From assembly GCA_965244045.1 (NCBI GenBank), contig OZ251704.1:189432-253431 (forward strand): 64,000 nucleotides of DNA. The letters are read 5' to 3'. The notes beneath the pieces were generated by a model that worked only from the letters and a program-made list of their open reading frames with translations, ran no database searches and had not been told where the DNA came from. This document shows, piece after piece, positions 31,697 through 42,018 of this stretch; the stretch's first letter is position 1, and each line of letters starts with the position of its first letter. Source of the stretch: Candidatus Pelagibacterales bacterium. GTDB lineage: Bacteria > Pseudomonadota > Alphaproteobacteria > Pelagibacterales > Pelagibacteraceae. The position numbers and the translations under genes are program-made.

Positions 31697-32857
31697 ATGA
31701 AAAAAATTTCCATTAAATTTTTTTTACTATCTTTTCTTTTGTTAAGCTTAACATTTGCTGCGGAAAGTAAAAATCAGACTTTAAGAATCGGAGCTATATT
31801 ACCGCTGACTGGAGACTATAAAGAAATTGGCAACAAAGTTTTAAAGACTTTTGAATTAACCATATTCGAATTATCCAATTTAAATGTAACATTGGTTCCA
31901 ATCGATAATAGGGGAACTAAAGATGGTACTAAATTTGCATTTAATGAACTGCAAACTCAAAAGGTAGATATTATTTTGGGGCCTATTTTTATGGAAAATT
32001 TATTATTTATTTCTAACGAAGAAAACTTTGGAAAATATATATTTATCACACTAAGTAATAATAATGTAACTTTACCTAAAAATGTTATTTCTTTTGGACT
32101 TAATATTGATAGTCAAGTTTTAGCTTTAAAAAATATTTTAAATGAAAAAAATAAATCAAAAATATTTTTTTCAGACAACACATTATTTTCTCAGCTTATA
32201 TTAAAAAAAATAGAAGAACAAAAAATACCTATCAAAACAAAATATCAATATTCTAATTTTAATGAAATCAATGAAAAAGCCAAAACTGCAACATCATATA
32301 ACTATCGTCATAAAAGATTGCTTGATTATATTTCACAACTAAAAAAATCCGAAAACCCTAAAGATATAGAAAAAGCTAAATTACTTGAAAAAACTGACAC
32401 ACTTGGAGGTGTCAATTATCAGCAAGTAATAGTTCCAGTTTTTGATGATGATTTAATAAGTGTAATTTCTTTTTTTGATTATTATGATGTTAATTATAAA
32501 GATGCTACTTTTATAACCTTAAACCAATGGTTTAATAAAAAAATTTTAGTTGAGCCTTCTTTACAAAATATTATTTTTCCATCTATCGATTATCAAAGTT
32601 TTCAGGATCTCAATAAAAAACTAAAAAATAACTATAATTTAGAAATCTCTAATATCGAAATTTTAGCCTATGATACAATCCCTTTGTTAGCATCTATTTG
32701 GTATGAAAAAAAAGATGAATTATTTACAGTCGATGACTTTGTCGGGAAAGAATTTAAAGGCAGAAGTGGAGTTTTTAAAATTAACAACCTAAATTTTGCA
32801 GAAAGAAAATTAAACTTATACCAGATTAAAAATAGCGAGTTTGTAAAAATTAATTAA
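31697..32857 (+). CDS. Exported LppC/LpoA-like periplasmic-binding-fold protein
   Basis: Signal peptide; IGAILPLTG, IILGP, LAYD, FKGRSGVF; divergent from rsmI as lpoA is. Confidence 0.65.
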   Translation: MKKISIKFFLLSFLLLSLTFAAESKNQTLRIGAILPLTGDYKEIGNKVLKTFELTIFELSNLNVTLVPIDNRGTKDGTKFAFNELQTQKVDIILGPIFMENLLFISNEENFGKYIFITLSNNNVTLPKNVISFGLNIDSQVLALKNILNEKNKSKIFFSDNTLFSQLILKKIEEQKIPIKTKYQYSNFNEINEKAKTATSYNYRHKRLLDYISQLKKSENPKDIEKAKLLEKTDTLGGVNYQQVIVPVFDDDLISVISFFDYYDVNYKDATFITLNQWFNKKILVEPSLQNIIFPSIDYQSFQDLNKKLKNNYNLEISNIEILAYDTIPLLASIWYEKKDELFTVDDFVGKEFKGRSGVFKINNLNFAERKLNLYQIKNSEFVKIN

Positions 32858-33461
32858 AATTGAAATATTTTTTTAACTGTTCAAACGCTTTGTATCGGTG
32901 CGAGATTCTATTTTTATATCTTGGAGAAAGCTGTCCAAAAGTTTTCTTTTCTCCGTCTGCAACAAAAATTGGATCATAACCAAAACCTTTTTTTCCCTTA
33001 GGAGGAAAGCAAATTTTTCCATAAACTTTTCCCACTACCTGAAAAGCCTTGCCCGATGGAAAGGCAACAGAAATTGAGCATGTAAAATTTGCCTTAGATT
33101 CCAACAATTTTTTTTTAAACAAAAGTTTTTTTACTTTTTCAATTGCAATATTAAAGTTTTTACTTTTGCCAGCCCACCTAGCTGAATAGATTCCTGGTTG
33201 ATTATCTAAATCCTTGACCTCTAAACCCGAGTCATCTGAAATTGCAATCATACCGGCTAATTTAGCGCAATATGTGGACTTTAGACGAGCATTACCCTTA
33301 AAAGTTTTTGCAGTTTCTTTTGGCTCCTTAAGATTAAAATCCTTAGGGGAAAAGCATTTTATTTTTCTGGGAAGCAATTCCTTAATTTCCCTAAATTTTC
33401 CAGGGTTATTAGTAGCTATAAGTATAGTATCGATTTTTTTTAAATCTTTAAGATTGTTCAC
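32850..33461 (-). CDS. rdgB: Non-canonical purine NTP pyrophosphatase
   Basis: ATNNPGK, SDDSGL, PGIYSARW, GFGYDPIF, ISHR. Confidence 0.96.
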   Translation of the reverse strand: MNNLKDLKKIDTILIATNNPGKFREIKELLPRKIKCFSPKDFNLKEPKETAKTFKGNARLKSTYCAKLAGMIAISDDSGLEVKDLDNQPGIYSARWAGKSKNFNIAIEKVKKLLFKKKLLESKANFTCSISVAFPSGKAFQVVGKVYGKICFPPKGKKGFGYDPIFVADGEKKTFGQLSPRYKNRISHRYKAFEQLKKYFNFN

Positions 33462-34167
33462 TTAATATTTTTTTTTGTAACAAGATTATTTCTCTTATAG
33501 ATTTTTTAGAACATTGAAGCATTTCTAAAAATTGTTCTTCACTACAAGTAGTTTTTTCTCCTGTTAATTGTAATTCTATAATTTCATTTTTATCATTCAT
33601 TACATAATTTGAATCAATATCTGCTTTGCTATCTTCCTCAAAATCAAGATCCATTAGAATTTCTCCATGTACAATTCCACAACTGATGGCAGCAACATAA
33701 GTTTTGATAGGATTATGATTAATTTGCTTTCGCTTGATCATAAGGTCAATGCACATTTTAAGTGCCACATATCCTCCCGTGATCGCCGCTGTTCTTGTTC
33801 CTCCATCTGCCTGTAAGACATCACAATCGATAGTGATTAAATATTCACCTAGTAACTGCAAATCCAAACTTGCTCTAAGAGACCTGCCTATTAACCTTTG
33901 AATTTCAGATGTTCTTCCACCAATTTTTCCGGTTGAAGCCTCTCTTCTCATTCTCTCGTTTGTCGACCTGGGCAACATTCCATATTCAGCAGTGACCCAT
34001 CCTTTTCCTGATCCTTTTAACCATCTTGGCACACTGTTCTCTATAGACGCGGTACAAACGACATGGGTATCGCCTGATTTGATCAGGCAGGATGCATCTG
34101 CATTTTTTATATAATTAGGAATTATTTCTATTTTTCTTAATTCTAAATTTTTTCTAGTATTTCGCAT
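33448..34167 (-). CDS. rph: Ribonuclease PH
   Basis: GWVTAEYGMLPRST, EIQRLIGRSLR, DCDVLQADGGTRTA. Confidence 0.97.
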   Translation of the reverse strand: MRNTRKNLELRKIEIIPNYIKNADASCLIKSGDTHVVCTASIENSVPRWLKGSGKGWVTAEYGMLPRSTNERMRREASTGKIGGRTSEIQRLIGRSLRASLDLQLLGEYLITIDCDVLQADGGTRTAAITGGYVALKMCIDLMIKRKQINHNPIKTYVAAISCGIVHGEILMDLDFEEDSKADIDSNYVMNDKNEIIELQLTGEKTTCSEEQFLEMLQCSKKSIREIILLQKKILSEQS

Positions 34168-34175
34168 TATTTGCC

Positions 34176-34203
34176 CTTGGAATTTAATAATTTGTTACTA
34201 TAT
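34176..34203 (+). promoter_or_regulatory. Putative RpoH-type promoter of grpE
   Basis: CTTG-N17-ACTATAT; same geometry before dnaK and hslV. Confidence 0.5.
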
Positions 34204-34230
34204 ACCCTTGCATTATAAATTATAAACAAA

Positions 34231-34827
34231 ATGAATACAGAAGAAAAAAACGAAAATTCCGATTTTAATCAAGAATCCAGTATTAATAAAAATTCGGAAG
34301 ACAATCTTCCAAATGAGAATTCAAGTGAAAATTCAGATGTTCCTGTTGAAGAAAATACCTCTGAAAAATTAGAAAAAACGATAGCAGAACTCAATGATAA
34401 AGTTTTAAGATTATTAGCTGAAAACCAAAATCTCCGTAAAAATCACGAAAAAGAAAAAGAAGACATATTAAAATATGGATCGTTTAATTTTGCATCTCAA
34501 ATACTTGCCTTAACTGATAATCTGGACAGGGCTTTTGCAATTTTTAAAAATAATGAAAAATTTAAAGATCAAGAGTTTGTGGAAATTACTAATGGCATTG
34601 AACTTATTGAAAAAGAACTCTCAACTACCCTGGAAAAAAACAACATAACTTATATTACATGTCTCAATAAAAAATTTGATCCAAACTTCCATCAAGCATT
34701 AAGTGAAATTGAAAGTGACAAAGAACCAGGAACTATCGTACAAGAAATACAAAAAGGCTACATGCTGTACGATAGGCTTTTAAGACCTTCCTTAGTAAAC
34801 ATAGCAAAATCAACAAAAAAAGCCTAA
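34231..34827 (+). CDS. grpE: Nucleotide exchange factor GrpE
   Basis: LAENQNLRK, DNLDRA, FDPNFHQA, GYMLYDRLLRP. Confidence 0.96.
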   Translation: MNTEEKNENSDFNQESSINKNSEDNLPNENSSENSDVPVEENTSEKLEKTIAELNDKVLRLLAENQNLRKNHEKEKEDILKYGSFNFASQILALTDNLDRAFAIFKNNEKFKDQEFVEITNGIELIEKELSTTLEKNNITYITCLNKKFDPNFHQALSEIESDKEPGTIVQEIQKGYMLYDRLLRPSLVNIAKSTKKA

Positions 34828-34846
34828 AAAATAATTCCTCATAGAG

Positions 34847-34874
34847 GTTGTAATCTCAAAAAGATCACCCATAT
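34847..34874 (+). promoter_or_regulatory. Putative RpoH-type promoter of dnaK
   Basis: GTTG-N17-CCCATAT. Confidence 0.55.
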
Positions 34875-34920
34875 CCAACTAACAATTAAGAAATAAGACT
34901 AAAAAAAAGGATTAAGAATT

Positions 34921-36849
34921 ATGTCAAAAATTATAGGAATTGATTTAGGAACAACAAATTCATGTGTTGCCGTAATGGATGGAGCAACGCCAAAAGTTTT
35001 AGAAAATTTAGAAGGAGCAAGAACTACTCCCTCTGTAGTAGCTTTCACTGATGGTGATGAAAAACTAGTAGGAATGTCGGCCAAACGTCAAGGAGTAACA
35101 AACGCAGAAAATACTTTTTTTGCTGTGAAACGACTAATCGGAAGAAAATTTGACGGTGAAGCTGTTAAAAAAGATATCAAAGGACTTCCTTATAAAATTA
35201 TTCGAGCTGATAACGGAGATGCTTGGGTAGAATCAAGAGGAAAAAAATATTCACCAAGTCAAATCTCTGCTTTTGTTCTTCAAAAAATGAAAGAGACAGC
35301 TGAAAAATATTTAGGATCAGAAGTAAAAGAAGCAGTAATTACTGTTCCTGCTTATTTTAACGACTCACAAAGACAAGCAACCAAAGATGCGGGAAAAATT
35401 GCAGGTCTTGAAGTAAAAAGAATTATTAACGAACCAACTGCTGCTGCCTTGGCTTATGGATTAGATAAAAAAAATGCTAAAACTGTTGCAGTATACGATC
35501 TTGGCGGAGGTACTTTTGACGTTTCTATTTTAGAACTAGGTGATGGCGTTTTTGAAGTTAAATCAACCAATGGGGACACTACTTTAGGTGGCGAAGATTT
35601 TGATGCTCATATTGTTGATTACCTTGCTGCAGAATTCAAAAAGGATAATGCAATAGATTTAAAACAAGATAAACTTGCTTTACAAAGATTAAGAGAAGCT
35701 GCAGAAAAAGCAAAAATTGAATTATCATCAGCAACTCAAACTGAAATTAACTTACCTTTTATCACAGCAGATAAAACAGGACCTAAACATTTAAATCTTA
35801 AATTAACTAGATCTAAATTAGAGTCTATTGTTGCAACCTTAATTGAAAAAACTATAGCACCTTGCAAAACAGCATTAAAAGATGCGGGTTTAACTGCCGG
35901 GGAAATAGGAGAGGTAATTCTTGTGGGTGGAATGACAAGAATGCCAAAAGTTGCTGAAACAGTTAAAAACTTTTTTGGAAAAGAGCCAAACAAAAGCGTA
36001 AATCCGGATGAAGTGGTAGCAATGGGCGCTGCTATTCAAGCTGGTGTTCTTCAGGGGGATGTGAAAGACGTTCTCTTATTAGATGTTACACCTTTATCTC
36101 TTGGAATTGAAACTTTGGGTGGTGTTGCGACTAAACTTATTGAAAAAAACACAACAATACCAACGAAAAAAAGCCAAGTATTTTCAACAGCTGAAAATAA
36201 TCAACCAGCAGTTTCTATTCGAGTAGTTCAGGGTGAAAGAGAAATGGCAGCTGACAATAAGTCGTTAGGTAACTTCGAATTGACAGGAATTGCTCCTGCA
36301 CCAAGAGGGGTTCCTCAGATAGAAGTAACTTTTGATATCGATGCCAATGGTATCGTCAATGTTTCTGCCAAAGACAAAGGAACTGGAAAGGAACAAAAAA
36401 TTCAAATCCAGGCTTCTGGTGGTTTGAGTGATTCCGAAATTGAGCAAATGATCAAAGATGCCGAAGCAAATAAAGAAGCTGATAAAAAAAAGAGAGAAGA
36501 GATTGATGCAAAAAATAGTGCCGATAGTTTAGTTGCTTCAACTGAACAAAGTTTAAAAGAACATGGTGATAAGATTTCTGCAGAAGATAAAAAAACTATT
36601 GAAGCTGATATTCAATCTCTAAAAGATGCAATTAAAGCTGACAATGTTGAAGATATCAAAACGAAAACACAAACTTTAATGCAATCATCCATGAAAATGG
36701 GAGAAGCAATATACAAAGCACAACAAGCAAAGCCGGGAACTGGGGATGGCGACAGCACAGGGCCTGGAAAAGAAAAAAAAGAAGATGTAGTTGATGCTGA
36801 ATTTGAAGAAGTAAAAGACTCAAAAGAAGATAAAAAAGATAGTGCTTAA
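34921..36849 (+). CDS. dnaK: Chaperone DnaK
   Basis: [34 protein letters not shown]. Confidence 0.99.
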   Translation: MSKIIGIDLGTTNSCVAVMDGATPKVLENLEGARTTPSVVAFTDGDEKLVGMSAKRQGVTNAENTFFAVKRLIGRKFDGEAVKKDIKGLPYKIIRADNGDAWVESRGKKYSPSQISAFVLQKMKETAEKYLGSEVKEAVITVPAYFNDSQRQATKDAGKIAGLEVKRIINEPTAAALAYGLDKKNAKTVAVYDLGGGTFDVSILELGDGVFEVKSTNGDTTLGGEDFDAHIVDYLAAEFKKDNAIDLKQDKLALQRLREAAEKAKIELSSATQTEINLPFITADKTGPKHLNLKLTRSKLESIVATLIEKTIAPCKTALKDAGLTAGEIGEVILVGGMTRMPKVAETVKNFFGKEPNKSVNPDEVVAMGAAIQAGVLQGDVKDVLLLDVTPLSLGIETLGGVATKLIEKNTTIPTKKSQVFSTAENNQPAVSIRVVQGEREMAADNKSLGNFELTGIAPAPRGVPQIEVTFDIDANGIVNVSAKDKGTGKEQKIQIQASGGLSDSEIEQMIKDAEANKEADKKKREEIDAKNSADSLVASTEQSLKEHGDKISAEDKKTIEADIQSLKDAIKADNVEDIKTKTQTLMQSSMKMGEAIYKAQQAKPGTGDGDSTGPGKEKKEDVVDAEFEEVKDSKEDKKDSA

Positions 36850-36865
36850 TTTTTAATTAAGCATT
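36841..36865 (+). other. Stem-loop spanning the dnaK stop codon
   Basis: TGCTTAATT-TTT-AATTAAGCA perfect 9-bp inverted repeat, extendable by G-U and A-U pairs. Confidence 0.45.
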
Positions 36866-36875
36866 AAATAGGGGC

Positions 36876-38027
36876 ATGGCAAAAGCTGACTATTACGAAA
36901 CACTTGGAGTCTCTAAAAATGCTTCCAAAGAAGAAATAAAATCTGCTTATAGAAAGCAGGCAATGAAATATCACCCTGATAGAAATCCAGGGGATAAATC
37001 AGCAGAAGCAAAATTCAAAGAGGCATCAGAAGCCTACCAAGTACTATCTGACTCTCAAAAAAAATCTAATTATGATCAATTCGGTCATGCTGCTTTCGAA
37101 AATGGAGGTGGTGGAAAAGGTGGTTTTGGAGGATTTGAAGATTTTGGTGGTTTTGACTCAGGTTCTTTCTCAAGTATTTTTGATGATTTTTTTGGAGATT
37201 TTACTGGTGGGCGCAGTAGGAGATCTTCTTCTAGATCTAAAAGAGGTTCAGATTTAAAGATAAATATAGAAGTCACTTTAGAAGAAGCCTATGAAGGTAA
37301 AAAACAAACTTTTAACGTTCCAACTTCTGAAAAATGTTCTGAATGTTCAGGTACTGGAGCCGCATCTGGATCCAAACCTACTACATGTGACACCTGTGGT
37401 GGACACGGTCAAGTAAGAGCACAACAAGGATTTTTTACTCTTCAACAAACCTGTCCTGATTGCGGTGGAGAAGGAAAAACTATTTCTAATCCATGTAAAT
37501 CATGTCGAGGAGCAGGAACTAATAAGGTTAACAAAACTCTTTCTATTCAAATTCCTAAAGGTGTAGATGATGGAACGCAAATGCGACTTGCAGGAAAAGG
37601 AGAGGCTGGTCCCAGAGGAGGTTCTCAGGGAGATCTGTACGTATATATATCCTTAAAAAAACATCCTATTTTTAAAAGGTCAGAGGAAAATTTGTATTTT
37701 GAGTTGCCCATTTCAATAGCTGATGCCACTTTAGGAACTACTATAGAAATTCCAACTATTGATGGATCAAAATCTAAAGTAAAAATTCCTGCAGGCACAC
37801 AAAATGGAAAACAATTGAGATTAAAGGACAAAGGAATGCCTGGTCTTCGAGGTGGAGGGTTTGGGGATTTATATTTACAAATTAAAGTTGAGACCCCAGT
37901 AAACCTTAGCAAAGAACAAAAAATACTGCTTGAAAAATTTAAAGAATTGGAAGACTCTAAAAATAATCCTGAAAATGAATCTTTTTTTAGAAAAGCTAAA
38001 AGTTTTTGGGATAATTTAAATAAATGA
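36876..38027 (+). CDS. dnaJ: Chaperone DnaJ
   Basis: HPD J-domain, G/F region, four CxxCxGxG repeats. Confidence 0.98.
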   Translation: MAKADYYETLGVSKNASKEEIKSAYRKQAMKYHPDRNPGDKSAEAKFKEASEAYQVLSDSQKKSNYDQFGHAAFENGGGGKGGFGGFEDFGGFDSGSFSSIFDDFFGDFTGGRSRRSSSRSKRGSDLKINIEVTLEEAYEGKKQTFNVPTSEKCSECSGTGAASGSKPTTCDTCGGHGQVRAQQGFFTLQQTCPDCGGEGKTISNPCKSCRGAGTNKVNKTLSIQIPKGVDDGTQMRLAGKGEAGPRGGSQGDLYVYISLKKHPIFKRSEENLYFELPISIADATLGTTIEIPTIDGSKSKVKIPAGTQNGKQLRLKDKGMPGLRGGGFGDLYLQIKVETPVNLSKEQKILLEKFKELEDSKNNPENESFFRKAKSFWDNLNK

Positions 38028-38794
38028 AAAAAATTAAAATTTCTATTAGTGGGGGCTTGGGCAGAATGGGTTCCTTACTGATCAAAAAAACTCTCAAAGA
38101 TAAAAAACTTCAGCTAGAAAGTGTTACTGAACAACAAGAAATTAAAAAGAATGGAATTCATTATCAAAAAAACTCCATTCAATCTTTAAAAAATACAAAT
38201 GTCATTATTGATTTTACCAGGCCTAATTGTACTTCAGAAATTTTAAAGTTAGCCACTAAACTTAAAAAAAGGATGATCATTGGAACTACAGGTTTTAACA
38301 AACAACAACAAAAAGAGATAATTAAAGCTTCAAAAAAAATAGCTATTCTACAGTCAGGTAATATGAGCCTAGGAATAAACTTAATGCAGTACCTGTCTGG
38401 AATTTTATCTAAAAAAATATTAAACGAATATCAAATCGAAATTCATGATGCCCATCATAAGATGAAAGTTGATTATCCATCAGGAACAGCTTTAATGCTA
38501 GGTCATGCAGTTGCTCAAGGTAAAGGAAAAAATTTAGATCAAATGACTGGAAATACTTTTCTTAATAAAAAAGGAAAAACGAAAATTGGAAAAATAAATT
38601 TTTTTATAAAAAGAAAAGGAAAGATTCCTGGAACTCATTCAGTAATATTCCAAACTCCTAAAGAAACCATTGAACTAAAACATGTAGCCAAATCTAGAGA
38701 TTTGTTTGCTGACGGCGCTTTAAATGCCGCTAAGTGGTTGGCTAATAAAAAGCCTGGTCTTTATAATATGCATGATGTGCTACAAATTAGATAA
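38024..38794 (+). CDS. dapB: 4-hydroxy-tetrahydrodipicolinate reductase
   Basis: [29 protein letters not shown]. Confidence 0.94.
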   Translation: MKKIKISISGGLGRMGSLLIKKTLKDKKLQLESVTEQQEIKKNGIHYQKNSIQSLKNTNVIIDFTRPNCTSEILKLATKLKKRMIIGTTGFNKQQQKEIIKASKKIAILQSGNMSLGINLMQYLSGILSKKILNEYQIEIHDAHHKMKVDYPSGTALMLGHAVAQGKGKNLDQMTGNTFLNKKGKTKIGKINFFIKRKGKIPGTHSVIFQTPKETIELKHVAKSRDLFADGALNAAKWLANKKPGLYNMHDVLQIR

Positions 38795-39427
38795 GTGAGC
38801 ACTCAAAGTATAGATATCTTCAAAGCTCTTTCTAAAATTATCAAAAATCCCAAAAGCGACCTAAAATATACAAATAAATTTACACTTCTCACTTCCGTTG
38901 TTCTTTCTGCACAATGTACAGATGTGAATGTTAATAATGTTACTAAAAATATTTATCCTAAATATAATCGGCCTGAAGATTTTGTTAAATTGGGTCAAAA
39001 AAAAATAGAAAAACTAATTAACAAAATTGGCTTATACAGAAATAAAGCTAAAAGTATTTATTTTCTCTCAAAAATTTTAATTGAACAACATAAAGGCAAA
39101 GTACCAAATGATTTTACAAAATTAATTGCTCTGCCTGGTGTTGGACGAAAAACAGCCAATGTTGTTCTTAATGAAGGATTTGGAAAACCTACTATTGCTG
39201 TAGACACTCATATATTTAGGGTAAGTAACAGAACTGGTCTAGCAATTGGAAAAAATCCCGATCAGGTAGAGGAAAATTTGTATAAAGTAGTACCCAGCCA
39301 ATACTTAAAAGATGCCCATCATCTTCTATTGCTTCATGGAAGATATACTTGTAAAGCAAGAAATCCTAATTGCAAAGAATGTGTAATTATTAAATACTGT
39401 AAATTTAAAGATAAGATAACTAAATAA
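38795..39427 (+). CDS. nth: Endonuclease III
   Basis: LSAQCTD, LPGVGRKTANV, VDTH, CKARNPNCKECVIIKYC Fe-S motif. Confidence 0.96.
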   Translation: MSTQSIDIFKALSKIIKNPKSDLKYTNKFTLLTSVVLSAQCTDVNVNNVTKNIYPKYNRPEDFVKLGQKKIEKLINKIGLYRNKAKSIYFLSKILIEQHKGKVPNDFTKLIALPGVGRKTANVVLNEGFGKPTIAVDTHIFRVSNRTGLAIGKNPDQVEENLYKVVPSQYLKDAHHLLLLHGRYTCKARNPNCKECVIIKYCKFKDKITK

Positions 39428-40357
39428 ATGAAAATAATTGGAATAGGAAATGCTATCGTTGATGTTATTTGCAAAGTAGATGATAATTTTTTACTACAAA
39501 ATAACTTAACTAAAAGCACGATGAAATTAGTTGATGAACAAGAATTTCAAAAACTTTTGGCTGGTTTAACTATTAAAGAAACAATAGCTGGTGGCTCCGT
39601 AGCTAATAGTATCGTAGGCTTATCTCAACTTGGAAATAAAGTTGCTTTTATTGGAAAAGTGAATGATGACGATCTGGGATATAAATACGAACAAAGTTTA
39701 ATTAAAGAACAAGTAAATTATTTTTATAACAAAAAAAAAGAAGCTATTCCTACAGGAACATGCTTGATTTTAATTACTCCCGATTCAGAGAGAACCATGT
39801 GTACATTTTTAGGTATAGCTGGAAAAATTAATGCTAATGATATTCGTGAAGAATCTATTAAACAAAGTGATCTTGTTTTTTTAGAGGGATATTTGTGGGA
39901 TGAAGGAGAGCCTAAATCTGCATTTGAGAAAGCATTTAAATTAGCAAAAAAAACTGCCATGTCATTATCTGATAAATTTTGTGTTGAAAGACACAAAGAT
40001 AGTTTTTTAGAATTAGTTAAAACTAAATTAGACATCACTTTTGCCAATGAACAGGAAATTTTACATTTAATAGATGCCAATTCATTTGACGAGGTCGTAG
40101 AATTTGGAAAAAATCTCGGAAAATTAATTGTTATAACTAGATCTGAAAAAGGCAGCGTTGCCATATATAATAATGAAGTGTTTGAATGTGAAAGCCAAAA
40201 AAATCTTAAATTAGTTGACTTAACAGGAGCAGGAGATTTGTTCGCTGCTGGTTTTTTGCATGGATATATAAACAAAATGACTATTCAGCAGAGCTTGTTA
40301 AAAGGAACGGAAATGGCCTCAAAAATAATTCAAAAAATTGGGGCTAGATTATACTAG
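39428..40357 (+). CDS. PfkB-family carbohydrate/adenosine kinase
   Basis: GNAIVD, GGSVAN, FANEQE, DLTGAGDLFAAG. Confidence 0.9.
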   Translation: MKIIGIGNAIVDVICKVDDNFLLQNNLTKSTMKLVDEQEFQKLLAGLTIKETIAGGSVANSIVGLSQLGNKVAFIGKVNDDDLGYKYEQSLIKEQVNYFYNKKKEAIPTGTCLILITPDSERTMCTFLGIAGKINANDIREESIKQSDLVFLEGYLWDEGEPKSAFEKAFKLAKKTAMSLSDKFCVERHKDSFLELVKTKLDITFANEQEILHLIDANSFDEVVEFGKNLGKLIVITRSEKGSVAIYNNEVFECESQKNLKLVDLTGAGDLFAAGFLHGYINKMTIQQSLLKGTEMASKIIQKIGARLY

Positions 40358-40358
40358 G

Positions 40359-41165
40359 TTACTTAATTAATTCTTTAAGCCAATCTTGTACGATTTTACC
40401 CGATACATCAGGAACTTCAGAATGACCAGCTTCTACAACAATATATTTATTTAATGAATTTTTGGGAGCAAAATTAAATGCATAATCAGGCCCACGCTTA
40501 ATTTTATCTTTGCTACCTTCAATATATAAAATTGGCGTGGATTTTTTAAAATTTTTACAAGATTTGGTCATATTACCGAGACCATTTGGATTAAAAAAAG
40601 AAAAAAGAATATCTGATCTTACGTTAAGAGGATGTCCGTACCAAGGATGATTAAATCTAATTTTTAAATCTGACTTTCCTGATTTAATATTTTTTTCTGC
40701 ATCATCAACTATTCCATTAAATTTTAAATTTTGTTTACTTTTATAGAGCTTGTCAGGATTATGTCCTGGTGCTAAGGCGATAATTCCATCTGCATTTCCA
40801 ATGAAGGCTTGATATGCCATACTGGCATTAGCACCATGACTATGACCAGCCATTATAATTTTTTTATAGCCTTTTTTTTTATATTCATCTGATTTCTGAG
40901 ATAACTCTTTTAACGCATCCTCATATGATTTGTCATAATCTCTAACTCTGCCCCAAGGCATATCTAATCTAATTACTTCACAAACTTGGCCCATAAATCC
41001 AGAAATCGAGTTAAGTCCTGACCACTTAGCTTGTCCATGGGTTCCGTGCATTAAAAAAACCAAACATTCTTTTTCATTTTTTGAGAAAGAATGAGTCGTA
41101 AAAAATGAAAAAATGAAAAATGAAAAGAATATTAAATACTTAGATTTACGAATGATTTTTGACAT
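40359..41165 (-). CDS. Exported alpha/beta-fold hydrolase
   Basis: Signal peptide; MHG, GHSHG nucleophile elbow, GSKD, AGH. Confidence 0.8.
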   Translation of the reverse strand: MSKIIRKSKYLIFFSFFIFSFFTTHSFSKNEKECLVFLMHGTHGQAKWSGLNSISGFMGQVCEVIRLDMPWGRVRDYDKSYEDALKELSQKSDEYKKKGYKKIIMAGHSHGANASMAYQAFIGNADGIIALAPGHNPDKLYKSKQNLKFNGIVDDAEKNIKSGKSDLKIRFNHPWYGHPLNVRSDILFSFFNPNGLGNMTKSCKNFKKSTPILYIEGSKDKIKRGPDYAFNFAPKNSLNKYIVVEAGHSEVPDVSGKIVQDWLKELIK

Positions 41166-41199
41166 AATGATAGCTGATGTAATTTATTTTATTAGAAAA

Positions 41200-41334
41200 T
41201 CAATTATATATTTTATTAAGATTGTGAATATTTTTTTTTCTTTTAAAACTACCCTTGCCCTTTTTAGGCTTAACTATCCTTTTTTTAAATAATGAGGTTC
41301 TTAATAATTTTGCTACAGGATTTTTCTTTTTCAT
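41200..41334 (-). CDS. arfA: ArfA-like alternative ribosome-rescue factor, 44 aa (not in ORF track)
   Basis: MKKKNPVAKLLRTSLFKKRIVKPKKGKGSFKRKKNIHNLNKIYN; KKGKGS core; AGGAG RBS overlapping the upstream TAG. Confidence 0.8.
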   Translation of the reverse strand: MKKKNPVAKLLRTSLFKKRIVKPKKGKGSFKRKKNIHNLNKIYN

Positions 41335-41340
41335 TTTCTC

Positions 41341-41997
41341 CTACTGATTAAGAAAATATTTTCCGTCCTTAATTTCTATAAACTTTTTATCTTTTAGTTT
41401 CGTCTGAATTTTTTGACGTAGTCTATACAAATGAGTTTCATAGGTATGTGTGTCTACCTGATCCGAATATGACCAAATGTCCTTCATAATATCTTTTTTA
41501 CTTGCGCCCTCTTTTTTTCCAAACAAATAAACAATAATATCCTGTTCTTTTTCCGTAAGTTTAATATTTTTTCTTCCTAAAGATAATGACCTTTTATTTT
41601 TATCTAAAATATATTGACCAATTTCAACTTTAGTTTGAAAATGAAATTTAAATTTTAAAATAGAAAGTTTGATAATTTTTTCCAAATCAAAAAAATTGAT
41701 AGGTAACTGTAAAAACGTACTAAACAAGTTGTCTTTTTTTAGATCTTGGAAATTTTTAGTGTCAGATGAAAAGAAAATTTTAGGAAACATAATTTTTTTA
41801 ACATCTGCTCTTTTTATTTTATCTAAATTATCTAAAAAAAATAAAAATACAAAACCATCTTGCACATTATAATTTTTAAAAAGATTATTAACCTCTTTAA
41901 AACTTTGTAAATGGTTCATATGATAGTCAAGTTTTTGCTCCTTAATACACTCAAAAAATACGTCTGAGCCAACTGTAACTATTGAATAATTTTGCAT
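41341..41997 (-). CDS. OmpR/PhoB-type winged-helix protein with degenerate receiver domain
   Basis: C-terminal LTEKE...IWSY...THTYETHLYRLRQK; N-terminus lacks canonical receiver motifs. Confidence 0.82.
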   Translation of the reverse strand: MQNYSIVTVGSDVFFECIKEQKLDYHMNHLQSFKEVNNLFKNYNVQDGFVFLFFLDNLDKIKRADVKKIMFPKIFFSSDTKNFQDLKKDNLFSTFLQLPINFFDLEKIIKLSILKFKFHFQTKVEIGQYILDKNKRSLSLGRKNIKLTEKEQDIIVYLFGKKEGASKKDIMKDIWSYSDQVDTHTYETHLYRLRQKIQTKLKDKKFIEIKDGKYFLNQ

Positions 41998-42018
41998 ACA
42001 ATGAAATTATAAATTTTT

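Noticed and set aside
39724-40275. 183-aa antisense ORF, plus the many 60-130 aa antisense or nested ORFs in the track
   Set aside because: Shadow frames of well-conserved genes; no recognisable motifs or RBS.
41101-41127. Short AAAAATG-like tandem repeat
   Set aside because: Encodes the Phe-rich signal peptide of the hydrolase; low-complexity and imperfect.
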